The position numbers and the translations under genes are program-made. Positions 39,657 through 47,465 of a stretch of DNA of 64,000 nucleotides are shown here, one piece after another. The DNA lies in the NCBI GenBank assembly GCA_038143065.1, contig JAYQLI010000035.1, forward strand, positions 2,048,894-2,112,893, in the 5' to 3' direction. The stretch is from Rhodospirillales bacterium. GTDB taxonomy: Bacteria; Pseudomonadota; Alphaproteobacteria; Bin95. Position 1 is the stretch's first letter, and the number at the start of each line of letters is the position of its first letter. The notes under the pieces are model-generated. The model was not told where the DNA came from and ran no database searches. It saw only the letters and a list, made by a program, of their open reading frames with translations.

Positions 39657-41099
39657 CTATTCAAATGGGTTGAAGGGGCCTGGAAATATGCCTCGGGGTT
39701 TTATGAATTCGTAAGGGTCTCTTGCTAAGAAACGACCACGCCCTGGTGTCGCTTTGAATTCTCCATCGTCCCAAAGCACTTCGCCCCGTGAAATCGTTGT
39801 TGTTGGCCAGCCAGTTATGGTCATGCCTTCGTAAGGTGTATAATTGACGTCATGGTGTAGGTTTTCCTGCTTTATCGTAACCTTTGCATCAGGATCCCAA
39901 ATAGCAATATCTGCGTCTTTGCCTGGAGCAATATCGCCCTTGTTCTTTAAGCCAAAAAGCCGCGCAGGATTGCGTGATGAGATGGCGGCAAAAGTCTCTA
40001 AATCTATTCGGCCCTCAACCACGCCTTTTGAGAAGAGAATAGGTAGCCTTGTTTCTAATCCAGGCACTCCATTTGGCATTCTGGTAAATGGAGTATTTGG
40101 TCCATCAGGCAACTTTTCCCCCTCAATTTCTCCAAAATTGGAAGGCGCATGATCTGATGAAACAATATCTAAGACACCAGATTTTATATATCCCCAAAGT
40201 TTATCATGCTCTTCAGTTGAACGCGGTGCAGGGGAGCAGACCCACTTTGCTCCTTCGCCATTTGGCTTATCCAGATCATCAGAAGTTAGGGTTAAATACT
40301 GAGTGCAGGTCTCTCCCCAAATTTTTAAACCACGAGCCTGCGCCCTCCGAATTTCTTCGGCCGCTTCGCCGCAAGTTACGTGAAATATCTGGACAGGTTG
40401 ATCCATTAGCTCGGCCATAGCTGCCACTCGATGCACAGCTTCCCGTTCTACGACTGGAGGTTTTGACCAACAATGATGTTTAGCTTCTGTTAGCCCTTTT
40501 GCTGTGAGCTGCTCCATCATCCACATGATCATATCGTGGTGTTCCGCATGGATCACCATGAAGGCCTGATTTTTCCGAGCTAAAGCCATAAGATTCAGTA
40601 AGCCGGTATCGTCAACGCGGTTTGATGGATAGGTCATAAAGACTTTGATGGTGCGATGACCTTGCGCGATTAGGCTCGGCAATGCGTCTAATGTTTCTTG
40701 ATCGGCCCGATTTACAATTAAATGAAAAGAGTAGTCGCAGGTGGCCCCACGTTCGGCTCTAGCGTGATAGTCAGCAGTCGATGTTGTTATGTGCGTGGAT
40801 TTGAATTGAGGGGCAAAGCAGATAACTGAAGTGGTTCCACCGCATATTGCAGCGCGAGTTCCTGATAGGAATGTATCAGCATTGACCCCTCCAGTGGAAC
40901 TCGGTTGTTCGATATGACAGTGACTATCAACGCCACCCGGAAAGACGATGCGTCTTTTAGCATCAATTTCGCGTGCGCCCTTTGATAGGTTTTTACCTAC
41001 TGCAACAACCTGCTCTCCAGCGATACCTACATCACCTTCAAATACTCCACTAGCTGTTGCAACAGTTCCGCTTCGGATCACAACATCAAAGTCAGCCAT
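39657..41099 (-). CDS. hydA: Dihydropyrimidinase / hydantoinase
   Basis: PGGVDSHCH, GGTTSV, KVFMTY, HAE, SSDHAP, NPARLFGL. Confidence 0.92.
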   Translation of the reverse strand: MADFDVVIRSGTVATASGVFEGDVGIAGEQVVAVGKNLSKGAREIDAKRRIVFPGGVDSHCHIEQPSSTGGVNADTFLSGTRAAICGGTTSVICFAPQFKSTHITTSTADYHARAERGATCDYSFHLIVNRADQETLDALPSLIAQGHRTIKVFMTYPSNRVDDTGLLNLMALARKNQAFMVIHAEHHDMIMWMMEQLTAKGLTEAKHHCWSKPPVVEREAVHRVAAMAELMDQPVQIFHVTCGEAAEEIRRAQARGLKIWGETCTQYLTLTSDDLDKPNGEGAKWVCSPAPRSTEEHDKLWGYIKSGVLDIVSSDHAPSNFGEIEGEKLPDGPNTPFTRMPNGVPGLETRLPILFSKGVVEGRIDLETFAAISSRNPARLFGLKNKGDIAPGKDADIAIWDPDAKVTIKQENLHHDVNYTPYEGMTITGWPTTTISRGEVLWDDGEFKATPGRGRFLARDPYEFIKPRGIFPGPFNPFE

Positions 41100-41211
41100 G
41101 GGTCCATCTCCCGCTTTGCTTTTTCTTTCTGTCTGAAGATTAAAGGGAAAACACAAGCTCTGAAAATGTTTTTGCGTCTAAGTTAGGAATTTCACTTGGG
41201 CCTTTAATCGA

Positions 41212-42180
41212 TCAATAAAAAAGTGTCTTAGGATCCATACCCGAATACAGGCCAGCAACCTCTTCCGCATAACCGTTATAAAGCAAGGTGGGAATTCTCT
41301 CATTCTGACCAAGGGGTTTTTCGGTTGCTTGGCTCCACCGGGGGTGATCTACCTTTGGATTAACATTCGCATAAAAGCCATATTCTCGGCTTTGAAGTTG
41401 CTCCCAAAAACTCTTTGGCTGTTTGTCTGTGAAGGTAAACTGGACAATCGATTTGATTGACTTGAAGCCATACTTCCAAGGTATTGCCAAGCGCAAAGGT
41501 GCACCCATCTGTTTAACTAGAGGCTTTCCATAAATCCCTGTAACTATGAATGCTAGGTCATTAGTTGCTTCGTCGAGTCGTAAACCCTCGAGGTAGGGCC
41601 AAGGATACCAACGTTGCCGTTGCCCTCTAGCAACATCTGGTTTTGTAAAACATCGCATTTCTAGAAACTTCGCTCCAGCTTGAGGCTGAGCGAGTTTGAC
41701 CAAATCTTTGAGTGGAAATCCGCTCCATGGGACAGCCATCGACCATGCCTCTACACATCGGTGACGGTAGAGCCGCTCTTCTATGGGCATTTTCCGAATG
41801 AGATCTTCTGCATCAAGCTCTATGGGATTGGAAACCATACCGTCGATTTTAACTAACCACGGCTTTACCGATAGTTTCTGAGCTCGTTGCCAAATATCTT
41901 TGTGAGATCCAAATTCGTAAAAGTTATTGTAAGTTAACACGTCACGGCGCGGTGATAGTTTGCGATCGAGAGAATATGCTAGATTCTGTTTTGCAGGGTA
42001 TAACTCGGTGGCAACGTCAGGGCTATCATCAAAGTTTGCGGCACGGGCATTAGACGGCATACCAGCGGCTAGAATTCCAATTCCAGTAGTCCCGAGGAGT
42101 TGGCGCCTACTCATAAATATCGTTTCGGGCGTAGCGTCGCGTTCAGGAATTGCCCCTCGTGGGGTTTGGCGAATGAGCAT
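41212..42180 (-). CDS. msrP: Protein-methionine-sulfoxide reductase catalytic subunit
   Basis: Tat signal SRRQLL, YNNFYEFG, RHRCVEAWS, PWKYGFKSIKSI, HPRWSQATE. Confidence 0.95.
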   Translation of the reverse strand: MLIRQTPRGAIPERDATPETIFMSRRQLLGTTGIGILAAGMPSNARAANFDDSPDVATELYPAKQNLAYSLDRKLSPRRDVLTYNNFYEFGSHKDIWQRAQKLSVKPWLVKIDGMVSNPIELDAEDLIRKMPIEERLYRHRCVEAWSMAVPWSGFPLKDLVKLAQPQAGAKFLEMRCFTKPDVARGQRQRWYPWPYLEGLRLDEATNDLAFIVTGIYGKPLVKQMGAPLRLAIPWKYGFKSIKSIVQFTFTDKQPKSFWEQLQSREYGFYANVNPKVDHPRWSQATEKPLGQNERIPTLLYNGYAEEVAGLYSGMDPKTLFY

Positions 42181-42273
42181 GCGAATGCCTCCTTGAGATT
42201 GCTTCTTTGATAAGATTCTAGGAAGCTTTCGCATGAAAGGCCAACAGTTGGAAAAAAATTAGAGGACCCAGAC

Positions 42274-43083
42274 ATGAGCCCCAACCCAGATAAGGTAGCA
42301 GTGGAAATAGATTCTCAAGGTGTTGCTTGGGTAACTCTTAATGAACCAGCTGTCAGAAATGCACTATCTCCAGAGCTGCGGGCACAGTTTTGCGAGCGTA
42401 TTCCGCAGCTAGAATTTAATTCTGCAGTGCGCTGCGTGGTTTTGCAGGGGGCAGGTGATCATTTTATGGCTGGTGGAGACATCCGGGTAATGAAAGAACG
42501 CTTGGAGTGGTCCAAGGAGGAGAGATCTCAGCACATCATTGCGGGCCTCCATGATATCAATCATGCAATATTCGCCCTTCGCCGAATGCCAAAGCCTGTA
42601 GTTGTTAGTGTTAGAGGCGCAGCGGCGGGATTTGGCTTAAGCTTGGTTGGCGCTGCAGATTTGGCGATTGCGGCAGACGATGCATTTTTCACCCTTGCCT
42701 ACTGTCATATTGGCGCAAGTCCTGACGGAGGAGCTTCTTACTTTTTAGGCCGCACGCTTGGAATGAAACAGCAGATGGAGCTCGCTTTTCTTGGTGAGCG
42801 CTTTGAGGCTAACAAGGCTAAAGAGTTAGGCATTGTGAACTGGGTGGTGCCATCCGTCGATTTGAAATTTGAAACAGAAAAACTTGCTTCTCGACTTGCA
42901 AGTGGTCCTACACGTGCATACGCCAATGCCAAGGCTCTGTTCAATGCAAGCAACCATCTGTCTATGGAAAGTCATCTACAGATGGAGGCAGAGAGGATAG
43001 CTGACAGCATGGCCTCCGAGGATCATGCAGAGGGCGTTAGCGCATTTTTGGGGAAGCGACAGGCTAATTTTAAAGGAAAGTAA
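42274..43083 (+). CDS. Enoyl-CoA hydratase/isomerase family protein
   Basis: FMAGGDI, MPKPVV, GAAAGFG, IGASPDGG, EGVSAFLGKR. Confidence 0.92.
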   Translation: MSPNPDKVAVEIDSQGVAWVTLNEPAVRNALSPELRAQFCERIPQLEFNSAVRCVVLQGAGDHFMAGGDIRVMKERLEWSKEERSQHIIAGLHDINHAIFALRRMPKPVVVSVRGAAAGFGLSLVGAADLAIAADDAFFTLAYCHIGASPDGGASYFLGRTLGMKQQMELAFLGERFEANKAKELGIVNWVVPSVDLKFETEKLASRLASGPTRAYANAKALFNASNHLSMESHLQMEAERIADSMASEDHAEGVSAFLGKRQANFKGK

Positions 43084-43201
43084 ACAGTACTTAGCCCCAA
43101 ATTTCAAAGGTGGATGTAAGCGATCAATCAGACATTATCCTAATTCTCTGCTGCATCTCAGCAAAGCAGCTAATCTTATTCGATGTTGGCTTACCTGGCT
43201 G

Positions 43202-44431
43202 TTAGAGTTGTTTGTTAATTATGGCTTCCGCAACGTGCGGCACTGTTAAACGCTTTATAACAAAATCAAGCTTGGGATCCTTTCCACCACCAATTTTGCG
43301 GATCGCTAGCAGAGTTTGTCCCGCTTCAGTTTCATTCCAAAACCATGAGTTGATTTCTGCCGTATTGCCAACTGCTCCTGGCTGAGCGTTAGCTGCTTCC
43401 TGATAAAAAGTTAGAAGGTCGTTAACGCCCAACTTAAAAGTATTTGCAGTTTCGCTACCGGGCAAAAGCGCCCCAGGCTCTTGTCCATCGGCAAAGCTTC
43501 CAAAGAAGTCTGCAAGTTTTTCCGGTTCTAACCCAGTTAACCCAAATCCTGTTCTGCCATGCTTGCGCTTCCACGCTTCATGCCATGGAACAAGAAGTGA
43601 TACCTCCGCAGCTAGCCTTGTTGCATGGGTGTCATGGTCGCTGACTGAAGGGCTATTGAAGCTAACAGGACATACCCAGTTTTCATCATAGCTGGATATG
43701 TTGTTGTCTGGTGGTGCATCTTCAGGAAAGTCATTGAGAACTGGAGTTGCTTGGTTTCCAAGAAGCTTTAGTGCAGCTTTGATGACTCGGCGTTGAAACC
43801 TCGAGTCTCCTGGAGCACCTAAAGGCCGGCCCAGCTCAAATGGCACCCAAAGTGCGCGTGGTGGGCGGATTTTTTCAGCATGCGGCTTTACAAGCGCGAT
43901 GAGGGTTGTTGGTAATCCAGCAGCCTCCAGCTGATGAGCAATTGCGCACACGGCGCGAGTGCAATTTGGTCAAACAGGTAAAAGTAAAATAGCGTCGACT
44001 TTTTCTTGCTTCATCGACTTGGCAATCATATCGATCCCAGGCTTCATCGTTTCAGGATCAGAAGCGCCCATAAAGCTGTAATGGTGATCAGCAACTGTTC
44101 CGATCGTGCCGTCTTCAGCCATCTCACGAAGCCGCTCCAGAGGAAGAACAACATTCCAATCGCGCTGATACCCGGTTCTATCGTAATTGACGGAGATGTG
44201 GCTCATGACGATATCATCAGCTTCAGCATTTCCAGGAATTATCCTGTAATCTGCCGCTCCCATACCAAATGGGCTCTCTCCACGCATAGATAAGCCTGCC
44301 GTGGAGATAAGTGCGACACGACGTTCTGAAAGAGATGGGCCAATCGCAGATGGAGTGTCTTCAAATACCGGTAACGGTAACATTTCGATGTGCTTCCTTA
44401 GTGCCTCCGGCATATCGGATAGTCGAGCCAT
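43202..44431 (-). CDS. PrdB/GrdB-family (D-proline reductase subunit B-like) selenoprotein, 409 aa, Sec154, with C-terminal extension
   Basis: RVALISTAG, H-x-x-x-x-YD, D-x-NVVLPLERL, YSFMG, then LLPV-TGA-PNCTRAV...LEAAGLPT...PRALWVPFELGRPLG in the same frame; joins ORFs 43970..44527 and 43202..43951. Confidence 0.85.
43940..43966 (-). promoter_or_regulatory. Putative bacterial SECIS element
   Basis: AAUUGCACUCGC-GCC-GUGUGCGCAAUU hairpin starting 3 nt after the UGA; G-initiated apical loop about 15 nt from the UGA. Confidence 0.65.
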
Positions 44432-44616
44432 TTGCTTATTCCCCCGCAATTTTCTGATGGCTGTATTGCAAAAACTACATACCGCCTCTGCGTGTGCTGG
44501 GCAGCCTAAATTATTGCGTAAAGCCACGGTATTCCGTTAGTTTAGAGATTAACGCGCGCAATTTGTAGAAACGCGTGTTGATAAAATTACATGCGTTAAG
44601 TTAGGGGACTGATTAA

Positions 44617-45596
44617 ATGAAAGTGAACGCGTTCGTCTTCGAAAAACCTGGTGCTGCTGGTGTTATGAAATGGCGCACCTTTGAGCTAGGTGATCCTGGT
44701 CCTGGCGAAGCATTAGTGCGTCACACCGCTATCGGTCTGAACTACATTGATGTTTACCATCGTTCTGGTCTTTATCCGCTGCAGTTTCCAAGTGGTCTTG
44801 GTCTTGAGGCGGCTGGAGTCGTTGAGGCCGTTGGTAAGGGCGTAACTCACGTAAAAAAGGCGACCGCGTAGCATATGGAACCGGAACGCTAGGAGCCTAT
44901 TCTGAAGCCAGAATAATGCCGGCTCAGCACCTTTTGAAATTGCCAAATGGCATTTCTGATGAAGAAGGTGCTGCCATGATGCTGAAGGGGAGGACCGTAG
45001 AGTACCTCTTTAATCGGACCTACAAGGTTAAAAAAGATGAGTGGGTATTGTTCCAAGCCGCAGCTGGAGGAGTTGGTCTTATCGCTGGTCAGTGGTTGGC
45101 TGCAGTTGGGGCTCATGGAATTGGCACTGCCGGTGGCCCCAAAAAGGTGAAACTCGCCAAGGAGCATGGCTTTGAGCAAGTTATCGATTACAAGAAAACG
45201 CAAAATATTGCTGACCGAGTAAAGAAGATAACAAAGGGTGCTGGAGTGCCGGTCGTTTTCGATAGTGTGGGCAAGGATACTTGGGTGCAATCATTGAACA
45301 GCTTAGCCCCGCGCGGGCTGATGGTCAGTTTCGGTAATGCTTCTGGTCCTGTGCCAGAGTTTGGTCTTGGGGAACTCGCAAGTCGAGGGTCTTTATACGT
45401 TACCCGACCATCTCTTGTGGCTTATACCTCTACTCGCCAGGAGCTCGAAAAATCAGCAAGAGCTCTTTTCAAGATGGTAACGTCAGGAGCAGTAAAAATT
45501 GAAGTGAACCAGACTTATCCATTGAAAGAAGCACCGCAAGCTCACCGTGATTTAGAAGGTCGTAAAACAACTGGTTCGACCATCTTTATACCTTAA
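44617..45596 (+). CDS. qor: NADPH:quinone oxidoreductase (zeta-crystallin family), frameshifted at the A-run 44853-44858
   Basis: IGLNYIDVYHRSGLY, GLEAAG, then -1 frame GDRVAY...AAAGGVG, SFGNASG, RKTTGS. Confidence 0.92.
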
Positions 45597-45614
45597 AGGC
45601 AGCCTATGCCTCGT

Positions 45615-45649
45615 AAACTGGCTCCAGTCACTTTGACTGGGGCCAGTTT
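45615..45649. terminator. Bidirectional terminator-like hairpin between convergent genes
   Basis: AAACTGGCTCCAGTCA-ctt-TGACTGGGGCCAGTTT. Confidence 0.8.
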
Positions 45650-45667
45650 CTATGGATTAACTGAGGT

Positions 45668-46216
45668 TTATTTAGGTAGTGGGTGCGCATCTAAGTGAGG
45701 CTGATAGCTTGGTTCTACGTCCACTCCAAGTGAGGCCAAAAGCCGAACGACGCCGCAATAAAAAGCTATCACAATCACTAAATCGACCATTAGTTCATTA
45801 CTAAGGTCTTCGGACAGTTGGTTATAAGTGGTTTCGGCCATTTCACCGTTTGTAGCCATTTCTCGAGCAGCCTGTAGGGCTAATCGGTAAAGCTTTGGAA
45901 GCTGGGTTTTTTCTCCTGCGGTCTCGAGTTTGACAGCTTTAATCTCGGTATCTGAGAGACCAAAATCCTTCCCAATTTTCACATGATGAGACCACTCATA
46001 TGGACTTTTGGATAACCAACCTACTTGAAGTATGGCAAGTTCCCGCAGTTTGGGATCTAGACGTGAGCCAAATCTAATCCAACTCCCAACTTTACCAAAA
46101 GCTTTGGCACCCTCTGGTGAGTGGGCCAGCGCTCTGTGGAGGTTAATAGGCCTTTTCAGTATCTCTTGGTCGTTTTCAGCGAGATCTTTAGCATCGAGGT
46201 AAGGTAAGCGTGCCAT
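45668..46216 (-). CDS. Carboxymuconolactone decarboxylase / AhpD-like protein
   Basis: LDPKLRELAIL, YEWSHH; no CxxC. Confidence 0.85.
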   Translation of the reverse strand: MARLPYLDAKDLAENDQEILKRPINLHRALAHSPEGAKAFGKVGSWIRFGSRLDPKLRELAILQVGWLSKSPYEWSHHVKIGKDFGLSDTEIKAVKLETAGEKTQLPKLYRLALQAAREMATNGEMAETTYNQLSEDLSNELMVDLVIVIAFYCGVVRLLASLGVDVEPSYQPHLDAHPLPK

Positions 46217-46217
46217 G

Positions 46218-47390
46218 TTAAGCAGTCTCCGCCAAAAATGAAGCAGCCGCGTCAAGCGCGCCGGCGCCATGGGGCACCTTTAGATGCTTCAACGTTAAAT
46301 CAATGCCAGCCAGGGCGCCCATTATCATTGGTTCATTAAGGTCACCCATGTGGCCAATTCTGAAAGCTTTATCAGCCAGCACGTGTAGCCCTCCGCCGAG
46401 GCTAACGTTGAAACGCTCTCTCGCTACTTGGCGAATAGTGTTCATGTCAGTTTGTCCCACCTGGCGAACACATGTGATAGAATTTGAGCGTGATTTTGGG
46501 TCCACAGTATTAAATTCAAGCGCCCCACCTTCTGCCCAGCGCGCAACGGCAGTTCTCGTAGCTTCAGCAAGCCGTGCGTGGCGCTCAATAATGTTATCAA
46601 GTCCTTCTAATCGAACTTTCTCCATGACCTTCATTAGACCCCAAACCATGTGCATGGGTGCTGTTCCGCAGAAGCGTCTATAGGTCTCCATCGCCATTCG
46701 GCTTTTCCAGGACCAATATTCTCTATGAGAAGTGCAAGCTTCAGAAGCTGCAAGTGCCTTAGGTCCTGCGGCGGTAAACGAAATACCAATGGGCATCATC
46801 AAGCCTTTTTGAGAGGCTGCTATCACGCAGTCAATTCCACTCTCATCCATATCCAATTTATGGCACCCAAAAGATGCAATTGCGTCTACAACAAAGAGTG
46901 CAGGGTGGCCAGAGGCATCGATAGCCTCTCGAATAGCTTCCAAATTACTAACAGCGCCGGTCGCGGTCTCCACGTGTACGGCCAAGACAGCTTTAATTTT
47001 CTTTTCTGTATCTTGTCTCAATGCGTCTTCAACAGCTTGGGGATCGATTGGTGAGCGCCAATCATTATTTAATCTGACTGTCGAAATGCCGAATGCCTTT
47101 ACCATGTCATCCCAAACGAGGGAGAACTGCCCGGTATCTGGCATCAAAACTTTATCGCCCGGTGACAGCAAATTGACAATTGAGGCCTCCCAGGCGCCAT
47201 GACCATTGGCGATATAGGCGAAAACTTCACCCTTTGTGCGAAAGAGGTCTTTCAGTTCTTCGAACATCCTAAGCATCGTTTCCATAAACTCAGGAGCAGA
47301 GAAATCTTCTGCAGGTCGATGCATTGCGTTAAGCACATCTTCTGGGATGTTGGTTGGGCCCGGGGTGTGTAGAAACATTCGACCTGGCAT
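46218..47390 (-). CDS. Class V PLP aminotransferase (serine/alanine--glyoxylate aminotransferase-like)
   Basis: PGPTN, GHGAWEA, VHVETATG, VDAIAS, SQKGLM, FRIGHMG. Confidence 0.9.
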   Translation of the reverse strand: MPGRMFLHTPGPTNIPEDVLNAMHRPAEDFSAPEFMETMLRMFEELKDLFRTKGEVFAYIANGHGAWEASIVNLLSPGDKVLMPDTGQFSLVWDDMVKAFGISTVRLNNDWRSPIDPQAVEDALRQDTEKKIKAVLAVHVETATGAVSNLEAIREAIDASGHPALFVVDAIASFGCHKLDMDESGIDCVIAASQKGLMMPIGISFTAAGPKALAASEACTSHREYWSWKSRMAMETYRRFCGTAPMHMVWGLMKVMEKVRLEGLDNIIERHARLAEATRTAVARWAEGGALEFNTVDPKSRSNSITCVRQVGQTDMNTIRQVARERFNVSLGGGLHVLADKAFRIGHMGDLNEPMIMGALAGIDLTLKHLKVPHGAGALDAAASFLAETA

Positions 47391-47427
47391 TACAACCTCT
47401 CAGTGATCGTTTTTAAGAAAATGGGAA

Positions 47428-47450
47428 GGGCGACAGAAAAACTGTCGCCC
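47428..47450 (-). terminator. Hairpin terminator after rne
   Basis: GGGCGACAG-ttttt-CTGTCGCCC followed by a pyrimidine-rich tail on the minus strand. Confidence 0.7.
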
Positions 47451-47465
47451 AAGTCAAAGATGTTG

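Noticed and set aside
45668-46216. AhpD-like protein as a second selenoprotein
   Set aside because: No in-frame TGA or CxxU/CxxC motif; the ORF is complete with YEWSHH.
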